The notes under the pieces: generated by a model | Databases searched by the model: none | What the model was told of the DNA's origin: nothing | What the model saw: the letters and a program-made list of their open reading frames with translations, nothing else | Shown here: piece after piece, positions 46,916-55,432 of the stretch | Layout: each line of letters begins with the position of its first letter | Numbering within the stretch: position 1 is the first letter of the stretch | From: a virus | Reading direction: 5' to 3' (one strand) | Virus record (IMG/VR): IMGVR_UViG_3300034095_000847 | Length of the DNA: 64,000 nt | Position numbers and translations under genes: made by a program

Positions 46916-48964
46916 ATGAAGAAACTACTTTTATCCCCTTGGCTTTCCTTAGTAACATTAGGTTTAATTATAGGGTTAAGAGTAGTTGACCCAACATTTG
47001 TAGAGAGTATTCGCCTTCGGTATTTTGATACTCTCCTTACACAAGATATTCAACAATCAGATATAAAAATAGTAAATATAGATGATGCATCCCTAAAAGA
47101 AAAAGGTCAATTCCCATTCCCTCGGAATGAATATGCTAATCTTATTAAGGATTTGTATATCCGAGGTGCTGGTCTTGTTGTTTTTAATCTCTTTATGCCT
47201 GAAACTGATAGATTTGGTCAAGATGATGCCTTAACACAGGTTCTTCAAGAATATCCAGTTGTATTACCTCAAACTGGTACTAATGAACCTTTCACTGAAA
47301 CTTATAAACCATTTAGACCAGGAGTTTCTGTTATAGGTACTGGTGATGTAGGAGTAAAATATGAAAACATACTTCCAAATATACAAGTCTTCAATGATAA
47401 TTCTGTTGGTATTGGTGTCGTTAATACACTCCCAGAAATTGATGGCGTTACCAGACGAATCCCAATGGTGGTCAGTTCCAAAGGATTATTGTATCCGAGT
47501 ATCAGTCTCGAAACCTTGCGTGTTGCATCAGGAGATCCATCATTCCAAGTTAAAGTCAACAATGGATCAATCGAAGCAGTCAGAATACCAAAGTTCGGAA
47601 GAATCAATACAGACTCCCTCGGTCGCATTTGGATTAAACCAAATACCATTAGTGAATATTCATCAAGCAAACTCCCAGAGTCCTTTGGTTCCGCAATCGT
47701 CATTGTTGGACTCACTGGAAGAGGGCTCAACAACCCCGTTGCAACTTCTGCTGGATCAGTCTTTCCACATCACGTTCAAGCAGCAATTTTAGATACACTT
47801 ACAAAAGGTATAAATATCTCAAGACCCGATTGGGCAACTGGTGCAGAGTTACTTACTGTATTGGTATTAAGTATCATATCAATTTTAATAGCAAGGTGGA
47901 AATATGGAATTCTTATATTTTGCGGCATCATTATCTCTCTTTATCCTATTTCTAATTATCTATATACCAACCTATATTATCTTTTCGATATTACATTACC
48001 TGTATTTGCAATTGTCACAGTTTATGGTCACACTTATACGGTCAAATTCTTAACAGAATTAGGTCAGAAACTCCAAATCAAAAAACAATTCGGTTCTTAT
48101 GTTTCACCTATTATGGTAGAGAAACTTCAGAAGAATCCAGAATTGATTAAACTTGGTGGTGAACGTAAAGAACTTTCTATTGTTATGACTGACCTTCGGG
48201 GATTTACTACTCTAGGTGAATCTTATGGTGATGATGTAGAAGGTCTGACTGCCATTATGAACGATTATATGACTGCTATATCAGAACCAGTATTAAAGAA
48301 TGATGGGTGTCTTATCAAGTTTATTGGTGATGCTAGTCTTCACGTTCACGGTGCTCCTTTAGATGATATCAATCACGCAAAGAATGCTGTTAAAACTGCA
48401 TTAGAAATGATTGCTTCTGTTGATGGATTCAATGAAACTTTAGTAGCTCAATGTAAACCAATTATAGGTATGGGAGCAGGCGTTAATACTGGTCAAACTC
48501 TTATAGGTAACATTGGTTCAAAGACTAGATTTGGATATGATGTATTAGGCGACTCAGTATCTACTGCTGCTAGATTAGAAGGTCAAACTAAATCGTATGG
48601 TGTATTATTAATCATTGGACCTGAAACTGCTAAACTTGTCAAAGATGATTACTTTGTTATTAAGTTGGATAACATTGCTGTAAAAGGAAAGACAGTTGGA
48701 TTAGACATCTATACAGTATTACAACCAGATAGATACAATAGATTAGAGTTTGCTAACACTAGAACACTACATAATAAGATGTTAAAGCATTATAAGAAAC
48801 AAGAATGGGCATATGCCATTACACATTGTATGGATTTGAAAGGTTCATTTGATGGTGAATTAGATTACTACTATAATATGATGAGAAAAAGAATAACAGA
48901 ATATATGAATGATGAGTCTTTCCCCAAGAACTGGAAAGGAACTTTTGTGGCAACAAGCAAGTAG
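46916..48964 (+). CDS. CHASE2-domain class III adenylate cyclase
   Basis: IVNIDDASL..KGQFPFPR and DGVTRRIP (CHASE2); TM helices; TDLRGFT, KFIGDA, YDVLGDSVSTAARLEG. Confidence 0.92.
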   Translation: MKKLLLSPWLSLVTLGLIIGLRVVDPTFVESIRLRYFDTLLTQDIQQSDIKIVNIDDASLKEKGQFPFPRNEYANLIKDLYIRGAGLVVFNLFMPETDRFGQDDALTQVLQEYPVVLPQTGTNEPFTETYKPFRPGVSVIGTGDVGVKYENILPNIQVFNDNSVGIGVVNTLPEIDGVTRRIPMVVSSKGLLYPSISLETLRVASGDPSFQVKVNNGSIEAVRIPKFGRINTDSLGRIWIKPNTISEYSSSKLPESFGSAIVIVGLTGRGLNNPVATSAGSVFPHHVQAAILDTLTKGINISRPDWATGAELLTVLVLSIISILIARWKYGILIFCGIIISLYPISNYLYTNLYYLFDITLPVFAIVTVYGHTYTVKFLTELGQKLQIKKQFGSYVSPIMVEKLQKNPELIKLGGERKELSIVMTDLRGFTTLGESYGDDVEGLTAIMNDYMTAISEPVLKNDGCLIKFIGDASLHVHGAPLDDINHAKNAVKTALEMIASVDGFNETLVAQCKPIIGMGAGVNTGQTLIGNIGSKTRFGYDVLGDSVSTAARLEGQTKSYGVLLIIGPETAKLVKDDYFVIKLDNIAVKGKTVGLDIYTVLQPDRYNRLEFANTRTLHNKMLKHYKKQEWAYAITHCMDLKGSFDGELDYYYNMMRKRITEYMNDESFPKNWKGTFVATSK

Positions 48965-48970
48965 GATATT

Positions 48971-49156
48971 ATGAAAAAAGTGTTTGGAAGAATTGTGAGT
49001 GAGATATTATATCTACTTGGTGATTGGGTTAGTTATCCAATGGCTTATCTTGATTGTGGTTGGTTATATCCAACTTATAGCAAATTGATGGGTTGGAGTG
49101 GTGATGTTCAAGATTGGGCAGGTAACGATAAACCTTGGACTAAATTAAGAGAATAA
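48971..49156 (+). CDS. hypothetical protein
   Basis: AGGA RBS; 61 aa, Trp-rich. Confidence 0.6.
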   Translation: MKKVFGRIVSEILYLLGDWVSYPMAYLDCGWLYPTYSKLMGWSGDVQDWAGNDKPWTKLRE

Positions 49157-49302
49157 TGGAAGCTCAGTTCGATTTAGAAAGAATGAAAGAATCTATAGAA
49201 TGTGCATTCTATACCATGCCAGGAGGTCTGACATTTGAAGAATTCTTAGACTTTATGTATAAATTAGGAGAAGAAGATGAAGTGGAAAACCCCGACTTAT
49301 AA
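49156..49302 (+). CDS. 48-aa hypothetical protein
   Basis: TAATG coupling; MEAQFDLERMKESIECAFYTMPGGLTFEEFLDFMYKLGEEDEVENPDL; not in the ORF track. Confidence 0.5.
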   Translation: MEAQFDLERMKESIECAFYTMPGGLTFEEFLDFMYKLGEEDEVENPDL

Positions 49303-49351
49303 AGATATCAGAATAGGATTTGAAGTTACTTGTTATATTTTGAATAGGTAA
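49277..49351 (+). CDS. pqqA: pyrroloquinoline quinone precursor peptide PqqA
   Basis: MKWKTPTYKDIRIGFEVTCYILNR (24 aa) with the E-x-x-x-Y core; AGGAG RBS at 49266-49270. Confidence 0.88.
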   Translation: MKWKTPTYKDIRIGFEVTCYILNR

Positions 49352-49358
49352 ATGTATC

Positions 49359-49395
49359 ACATAGTGTACATAAAGACTTATTATGTACACTATGT
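49359..49395. terminator. perfect 15-bp inverted repeat between convergent transcripts (putative bidirectional terminator)
   Basis: ACATAGTGTACATAA-AGACTTA-TTATGTACACTATGT. Confidence 0.75.
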
Positions 49396-49410
49396 ATCAT
49401 ATTTAATACA

Positions 49411-49767
49411 TTATTCTTTAGCTTCAGCCATCTTTTCTTTAGTTCTACCAAAAGCAGTAATACCGATAATAGCACCCATAGATAGATGATATAATCCTCC
49501 GCCTTGTAATGTAACTGCTTGCCACATTTCTAAATGTTGTCCAGGATTCATATATTGAAGTACATTATATAGAATTGGACCAACCATAAAGTCAAATAGA
49601 CAAATTGCCATATAACTAATAGCCATCATTGGTCGCCATTTAGAAGTCATAAAATCTTCTTTTACTGCAGGTGAGACTGGTGTAGGTTCTTTTGCTAAAT
49701 CAATCATTGGTTCAATTTCCTTTTTAATTACTGGTTTTCTAGGTTTTCTCACTACTATATCTGCCAT
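49411..49767 (-). CDS. putative holin (3TM/GTA-holin-like)
   Basis: KWRPMMAISYMAICLFDF...LYHLSMGAIIGITAFGRTKEK; GGAG RBS before ATG 49767. Confidence 0.6.
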   Translation of the reverse strand: MADIVVRKPRKPVIKKEIEPMIDLAKEPTPVSPAVKEDFMTSKWRPMMAISYMAICLFDFMVGPILYNVLQYMNPGQHLEMWQAVTLQGGGLYHLSMGAIIGITAFGRTKEKMAEAKE

Positions 49768-49768
49768 A

Positions 49769-50827
49769 TTAATTTGCTCCTTGTTTAATAAAAATTTTAT
49801 TAGTGGTTGTATCTGCACTTTGCAATTTCACCGTTGTTCCATCCTGTACCAGTGTTATATTGTAACCTCGGTCTTTGTTGAGTAATAATGTAGCGCTATG
49901 TTTTACTGATCTTTGTACCATCCAATTAGTCTGTTTATCAAATATGTACACTTGATTCTGTGAATTATATCCAGGAGCAAATGTACCTACTGCAAAAGCA
50001 TCTTCTAATGCATTTGCCAAATATTCTATCAATAATGCATCAACATCTAATTCATTAAACTTTGCATACGGGTCAATGAATACTCTTACAGATAAAGCAT
50101 CTTTATCTAATCCATTAAAATCTAGTGATGAACCAGATTTATTATCCTCAATTAATTTTTGTGTAATCTCTTTTGGTGGTTTTACTATCATCATATTAGT
50201 AATAGCAGATTCATTGATTAACAACACTACCGGCTTCAATGGTTTAATTTCATTTGAAGTTGTTACTGTAGCCTGAAAAGCTTGATTCAATACAACAGAA
50301 CCTACCGCAGTTCTAACTTCAATTTCACCTACTGAACCATCTAAGTTAGGTAACAATATAACCATTGACTGACCAATTTCATCAACTGTCATAGTGAAAG
50401 CTGTACCTCGAACCGCTATAGTTGCTGTAGGTGTATTAATAGCCACATTCTTATTATTAGCATGCGCTATATTACCAGAGGCATATCGTACAGTACCAAT
50501 AGCGCATTTCAATGCCAACTTACCGACAGACTTGTTATTAGGATCATAGACGAAATCATCTATCACCAACTTACTATTATCTGTTACTTTTACTTGTGTA
50601 TCATCATCAAAAGATATACCTACTTCACCTTTACCTGTTTCAACTATATCTAATGATTCTATACTAACATCTTTCTTTGATTCTATTACTGTTTTATCAC
50701 GTGTGATAGAAGCATTGCCTTTATGATTTATTACTGTACCAATACCAGCATTAATGTTGTGTGATATTAACAGTAGCGCCAGAACCAGTAAGATTAACAA
50801 TGGCCGAATTTGGATTTGTTGTTCCAT
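49769..50827 (-). CDS. exported FecR-domain protein
   Basis: Signal peptide; DIVETGKG...F.DDT.V.V..NS.L.ID...TPTATIAVRGTAF. Confidence 0.85.
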   Translation of the reverse strand: MEQQIQIRPLLILLVLALLLISHNINAGIGTVINHKGNASITRDKTVIESKKDVSIESLDIVETGKGEVGISFDDDTQVKVTDNSKLVIDDFVYDPNNKSVGKLALKCAIGTVRYASGNIAHANNKNVAINTPTATIAVRGTAFTMTVDEIGQSMVILLPNLDGSVGEIEVRTAVGSVVLNQAFQATVTTSNEIKPLKPVVLLINESAITNMMIVKPPKEITQKLIEDNKSGSSLDFNGLDKDALSVRVFIDPYAKFNELDVDALLIEYLANALEDAFAVGTFAPGYNSQNQVYIFDKQTNWMVQRSVKHSATLLLNKDRGYNITLVQDGTTVKLQSADTTTNKIFIKQGAN

Positions 50828-51461
50828 CTTGACTAATTCCTATGGTATTATTGCTTCCAATATTGGATATGGCGATATTATTACCAGCAATAAGATTAGT
50901 ACCATTAGCACCAGTTTGAGTAGTTGTGATTGCATTACCAGACCCCGTTACTATAAAAGTATTCTCAGTGTATTTACTATTAATAGTGCTCGTTAAAGTG
51001 TTATTACTACCTGTAATGTTTGAAAGATATGAATAGTTTCCAGAATCATGTAATACTCCAATATTCAATACTGATGTGTTATTACTACCCGTGAAATTTA
51101 AACTTAAAGTACCTGAACCAGTACCCATATTACCCATATTTAAATCAGTAGAGTTGCTATTACCAGTTTGTGTAATATCAGCAGTTGCTCCGCCACCAAT
51201 TAGATTACCTGTTATAGCATTATTCATACCATCTTGTATAATATCAAACAACATAGAGTTGCCTTCTATTTGAAAAGAAGGTGACCCAATAGAATCTGGG
51301 TCACCTACAGTATTATTTGCGCCGGTTTGTGTAATATTTACAGTAGAGTTATCAGCATTAGTTTGATCAATATAAACAGAATTGCCTCCACTGTCTCCTA
51401 TTGATGATTGATTTATTACTGTAAGCATAACAAACAGTAATAGATTTCTTATGATGTTCAT
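50751..51461 (-). CDS. curlin-like secreted repeat protein (CsgA/CsgB-like)
   Basis: Signal peptide; N/G/T/S-rich repeats ITQTGANN, IIQDGMNN, ITQTGNSN, TGSNN; directly downstream of csgG. Confidence 0.7.
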   Translation of the reverse strand: MNIIRNLLLFVMLTVINQSSIGDSGGNSVYIDQTNADNSTVNITQTGANNTVGDPDSIGSPSFQIEGNSMLFDIIQDGMNNAITGNLIGGGATADITQTGNSNSTDLNMGNMGTGSGTLSLNFTGSNNTSVLNIGVLHDSGNYSYLSNITGSNNTLTSTINSKYTENTFIVTGSGNAITTTQTGANGTNLIAGNNIAISNIGSNNTIGISQDGTTNPNSAIVNLTGSGATVNITQH

Positions 51462-52250
51462 TTAATTATTCCTAAAAGTTGTTGAAAATTTCCATAATCT
51501 TTTTCTTTCGCCTTTAATGATTAATTCTTCCACTGCTAAATCTAATGCCGATTTAAGAGCATATATTCCTGCCTCAGTCTTAGTAGCACCAACTTCATTT
51601 TCAAATGATTGTGTTCCCATATCAAAAAACTTAAATACAGCAACACCAACCGTATAACTTAATATCGTCTTTTGTACATTAATAGTGAGTAAAACCTCAC
51701 CAGTTTGTGTACTGATTGCTCGTAATGAAACAGTTACCATATCTTCCTGATATTGTGTATCTGGTCCAATTCCCATATAACGAAGTCCAATACCACCAGT
51801 TCTAATATTAGTATCATACGATACTATTGATCCTTCAATTATCATACCGGCATAAAGAATCGAACCTATTTGTTTATCATCTTGTGCTTCATCACGAGCA
51901 GACCTAATCAATTGTCTTTCTTTTAATAAATTATCAAGTCCAACTCGTTCTACAACTCTAAACCAATTACCTTCACCGGCATCCTCCAATGACTTTAATA
52001 ATATAGATTCACCTCCTTGTGTTACAGCAGATGATAATTTTGCTATAGTGGCAGAATCTTTCCTTTGACCTGTCTTATCTAAAAATGAATATACAGCAAC
52101 AACTACCTTACCATCTTTAGGAGGAGGTAAGATTATTTCTCTTTTTTCCTTAACTGCTAATACTTCAGGTTCATTAGTAAATACATTAAACGGAGTTAAT
52201 ATACCACCTGAACATCCAGTTAATAATATGCACAATAATATAATACGCAT
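51462..52250 (-). CDS. csgG: curli secretion channel CsgG
   Basis: Lipobox LTGC; VAVYSFLDKTGQRK, SSAVTQG, WFRVVERVGLDNLLKERQLIR, IIEGSIVSYD. Confidence 0.93.
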   Translation of the reverse strand: MRIILLCILLTGCSGGILTPFNVFTNEPEVLAVKEKREIILPPPKDGKVVVAVYSFLDKTGQRKDSATIAKLSSAVTQGGESILLKSLEDAGEGNWFRVVERVGLDNLLKERQLIRSARDEAQDDKQIGSILYAGMIIEGSIVSYDTNIRTGGIGLRYMGIGPDTQYQEDMVTVSLRAISTQTGEVLLTINVQKTILSYTVGVAVFKFFDMGTQSFENEVGATKTEAGIYALKSALDLAVEELIIKGERKRLWKFSTTFRNN

Positions 52251-52681
52251 TAGAATGTAAAACTACCGACAGGTATTATTACTTGTGTTACATTACCATC
52301 CGCACCTGTAATAGTCATTGATATTTGGTCAGCTGTCTTGGTATACGTTATAGTATTACCTTCAATCTGAACTGTTCCACTATTCTTTGGATTTTCACCA
52401 AATAAGTTGTTAATCAATTGGGTTGATAATTGAGCATAAACACGGCTTTCAAAGTTATTCAGAAATTTCGAAAGATTAGTGTTCTTAGCTAATGCTGCAG
52501 CATCCTTGGCATCTTGTAATTTCTGTACCTCTAATGCTTGTTTTCTAGTTGTTTCAGTATTTTCTATAGTTTGAACATGTGAAGAATATCCTATACCACT
52601 AAAGGCAGGCGATTTAAATGAAAAGATTTGTTCTGCTAATACATTACTTGATAATAATAAAAATAATATTAGAATTCTCAT
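52250..52681 (-). CDS. csgF: curli assembly component CsgF
   Basis: Signal peptide then FSFKSPAFSG (cf. CsgF FQFRNPNFGG); F..N.ESRVYAQLS.QL...LFG. Confidence 0.85.
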   Translation of the reverse strand: MRILILFLLLSSNVLAEQIFSFKSPAFSGIGYSSHVQTIENTETTRKQALEVQKLQDAKDAAALAKNTNLSKFLNNFESRVYAQLSTQLINNLFGENPKNSGTVQIEGNTITYTKTADQISMTITGADGNVTQVIIPVGSFTF

Positions 52682-52941
52682 TCGTTATCCTTTTGCTTAT
52701 GTGCATTCTCCCGCATTTGTAACACAGTGTTTAGTTTTGCTGTGAGTCTAAGTAAATCATTATCAAGTAATCGTATTCTATCAATCAAAGTGATTAATTC
52801 TTTTGATGCTTCACCTAATACAGGATTAATTTCTTCAATGGTAAATGACCATACATACTTTACCATTCGTAACATATAACCTGCTGCTATGATTGGAAAA
52901 CCATATTTGTTTATAAGTTCGGCAATTTGTGTTATGTCCAT
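52678..52941 (-). CDS. small membrane protein (TM + coiled coil), paralogue 3
   Basis: INKYGFPIIAAGYM...LIDRIRLLDNDLLRL. Confidence 0.7.
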   Translation of the reverse strand: MDITQIAELINKYGFPIIAAGYMLRMVKYVWSFTIEEINPVLGEASKELITLIDRIRLLDNDLLRLTAKLNTVLQMRENAHKQKDNE

Positions 52942-53225
52942 TAGTCTCTCCTAGCATCATTTTTGCCATCCATTCTGGATATTCTGTCTAAATCCGGCCT
53001 AAGTCCTAATACCGAAGATATAGTAACATCAATCTTAATCAATTCATGTGAGCAAGTTTTAACCCTATTCTCTAAAGCCATTACAATACTTGCTAATGTT
53101 TTAACTGAAGTAATAACATCACTTAAAACAAATTTTAATGCTGTAAATATGAATGCTCCGAGTACACAACTACCAAGTATTGGAGTTAGTGTGTCAGAAA
53201 AAAACTTAATATATTCTGGATTCAT
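52941..53225 (-). CDS. small membrane protein (TM + coiled coil), paralogue 2
   Basis: PILGSCVLGAFIF...LENRVKTCSHELIKID. Confidence 0.7.
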   Translation of the reverse strand: MNPEYIKFFSDTLTPILGSCVLGAFIFTALKFVLSDVITSVKTLASIVMALENRVKTCSHELIKIDVTISSVLGLRPDLDRISRMDGKNDARRD

Positions 53226-53653
53226 TTCTTAAGTTTTCCTACTTTCTCAACTATTTTAGTAGCATCATCAACTACCTCTTGTGCTTTTTCAACACCATCA
53301 GAAATCTTTTTCATTATAGTTGATTGTTTCTTTGGTGTAGACGTAACAGGAGTAGCACCATTATTATTCATTATTGCTGCAACTTCATGATGAACTTTTA
53401 ACGGAAGTGAATCAACATCAAGTGAATTAGATACTAATTTATCTAATTCTAATATATCAACGTTCATTTGACGAACTCTACCGTCCATGGACTTAATGAG
53501 TCCTATAATTTTTTTGATTGATTTTATTACAGATCCAAGCACTAATGAAATTGCTTGCATTATGAACCATCCACATACCACTGCTAGTGCTATAGGGAAT
53601 CCACATTGTTGGACAAGACTGAAAAAGTCAAAGTTAGGAATTCCGATATCCAT
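53222..53653 (-). CDS. small membrane protein (TM + coiled coil), paralogue 1
   Basis: VQQCGFPIALAVVCGWFI...MDGRVRQMNVDILELD. Confidence 0.7.
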   Translation of the reverse strand: MDIGIPNFDFFSLVQQCGFPIALAVVCGWFIMQAISLVLGSVIKSIKKIIGLIKSMDGRVRQMNVDILELDKLVSNSLDVDSLPLKVHHEVAAIMNNNGATPVTSTPKKQSTIMKKISDGVEKAQEVVDDATKIVEKVGKLKK

Positions 53654-53681
53654 ATAATTAATCCATTAAATATATATATCC

Positions 53682-53689
53682 TATTTATA
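53682..53689 (-). promoter_or_regulatory. T4-type late promoter heading the minus-strand csg operon
   Basis: TATTTATA on + reads TATAAATA on -, about 30 nt upstream of ATG 53653. Confidence 0.75.
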
Positions 53690-53720
53690 ATTTATTTACT
53701 TTTACTTGAGGCATTTAATA

Positions 53721-53912
53721 ATGATTGAAAACTTTATAAATGAAATTAGTGTTGTTAATACCACATCTGATGGTGAACCTATTTACTTTTACCATGGAGA
53801 TGGACAGGGCGACTTTGAAAAGATGTATAGTAAAATTAAATCAATTAAATTATTAGATGATTATGAAGAGTATTTGAACACTCAACTAGAATACATAAAG
53901 GCTTCGCGTTGA
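53721..53912 (+). CDS. hypothetical protein
   Basis: GAGG RBS; ATG 53721. Confidence 0.5.
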   Translation: MIENFINEISVVNTTSDGEPIYFYHGDGQGDFEKMYSKIKSIKLLDDYEEYLNTQLEYIKASR

Positions 53913-53952
53913 TTGTTTCTTTAAAAGAAATAGTCTATTTCCAAAATAAAAC

Positions 53953-54005
53953 GTTTACATTTCCTAAAACTATGATATAATAGACTCATAAATTAATTAA
54001 ATGAG
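53953..54005 (+). promoter_or_regulatory. early promoter cassette with stem-loop
   Basis: GTTTAC-N17-TATAAT-AGACTCAT...ATGAG. Confidence 0.82.
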
Positions 54006-54012
54006 AACTAAA

Positions 54013-54183
54013 ATGAAAACAATACCTTATACCGAAATGCCTTTAAACGAATACGAAGAGTATGATCTTGATACGTTCACTGATGAACAACTTGAAGATT
54101 ATTACTATGATAATCCTGATGATAACGATGAAAAGATGGCAATCTATAATAACTATGGATACGAACTATGGGCACGAACCTAA
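54013..54183 (+). CDS. small acidic early protein
   Basis: First ORF after the early promoter; D/E/Y-rich. Confidence 0.55.
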   Translation: MKTIPYTEMPLNEYEEYDLDTFTDEQLEDYYYDNPDDNDEKMAIYNNYGYELWART

Positions 54184-54356
54184 TGAATGAGTTGAAAACA
54201 TATAATGTGAAAGTAGTAAATAAAAAAGCTGTTGGTGTTTGGCCAAGAGCAGATGTTATTAGTGAATATGATAACCTTAGTTATGACCAAGTAACTAAAA
54301 TAAAAGAAATATGGGCAACTACTGTCTATAATGTTGTTATTAAAGAAAGTGAGTAA
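54183..54356 (+). CDS. hypothetical early protein
   Basis: TAATG coupling. Confidence 0.5.
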   Translation: MNELKTYNVKVVNKKAVGVWPRADVISEYDNLSYDQVTKIKEIWATTVYNVVIKESE

Positions 54357-54360
54357 TAAA

Positions 54361-54768
54361 ATGAACAAACAAGATATTATAAATCTATTAAACAATAATG
54401 ATACTGCTATTTGCCGAGCTTTAGTAGTTATTAATGAAAGACAAACTGAAACTGAAAAGACCGCTTTAGGAACCATTAATGCAAATGGTCGTGGATTTAC
54501 TCCTGCCGATGCTTATATGGGTACTTCAATGGCTACTTATTATGATAAGTTTAAAAAACTATCTGAAAAGCAATTAGCGTATTGGAAAAAACCAAATGCT
54601 AAAGGTACTCCCCGTATATGTAAATATGCAGGCCAACTCCTTGAAATTTCCTTGAACAAAGCAAGACTTCAAGCAGAAACTGATGATAGAGAAATGAATC
54701 GTATAGTGTTTGAAGCAGAAATGAAATCTGAACAGAGTGCATTCTCTAACAAATTTGCTAGAGGTTAA
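54361..54768 (+). CDS. phage hypothetical protein
   Basis: RALVVINERQTETEK...NGRGFTPADA...LSEKQ...KYAGQL. Confidence 0.65.
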   Translation: MNKQDIINLLNNNDTAICRALVVINERQTETEKTALGTINANGRGFTPADAYMGTSMATYYDKFKKLSEKQLAYWKKPNAKGTPRICKYAGQLLEISLNKARLQAETDDREMNRIVFEAEMKSEQSAFSNKFARG

Positions 54769-54808
54769 AAGATAAATAAAGTAAATGTTAATCAAAGAAG
54801 TAAAGAGA

Positions 54809-55423
54809 ATGGAATCATTTAAAAAGTTTTTATCAGAAGACAGTAAATTAGGTAGACTTAGTATATTTGATATAGATGATACATTATTTCATACAACTGC
54901 GCAAATTGCATTAATGAAAGATGGTAAAGTCCTAAAAAAACTATCTAATCAAGAATTTAATACATACATATTAAAAAAAGGCGAATCTTTTGATTTTGGA
55001 GAATTCAAAGATGCTAAAAAGTTTAATAAAGAATCCAAACCTATATCAAGAATGTTTGATAGAGCAAAAGCAATCTTATCACATTCAGTTAAAAATCCAC
55101 TTAGTAAAGTCATAGTTGTTACTGCAAGAGCAAACTTCGATAATAAAGAAGTTTTTCTTAATACATTCAGAAAATATAAATTCAATATTGATGATGTTCG
55201 TGTAGAACGTGCAGGTAATATAATTGATATTGCCGCAGCTGCCGATAAAAAGTTTGTAATCATACACAACTATCTAAAGACAGGTCAATTTGATAGAGTA
55301 AGTCTATTTGATGATGCAATAACTAATTTGACTAAGTTTCTTGAATTAAAAAAATTATTCCCAAAGATCAAATTTGAAGCATATTTTGTTAGTCATGAAG
55401 GATCAATAAAATTAATGAAATAA
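54809..55423 (+). CDS. HAD-superfamily phosphatase with a capsid-targeting-like N-terminus
   Basis: FDIDDTLF (motif I), VVTAR (II), FDDA (IV); begins MESFKKFLSE; GATAAATA at 54771. Confidence 0.75.
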   Translation: MESFKKFLSEDSKLGRLSIFDIDDTLFHTTAQIALMKDGKVLKKLSNQEFNTYILKKGESFDFGEFKDAKKFNKESKPISRMFDRAKAILSHSVKNPLSKVIVVTARANFDNKEVFLNTFRKYKFNIDDVRVERAGNIIDIAAAADKKFVIIHNYLKTGQFDRVSLFDDAITNLTKFLELKKLFPKIKFEAYFVSHEGSIKLMK

Positions 55424-55432
55424 GGAAATAAA

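Noticed and set aside
47302-47792. Two 143-aa alternative-frame ORFs inside the cyclase
   Set aside because: They coincide with a locally GC-richer patch that lowers stop frequency and have no recognisable motifs or RBS.
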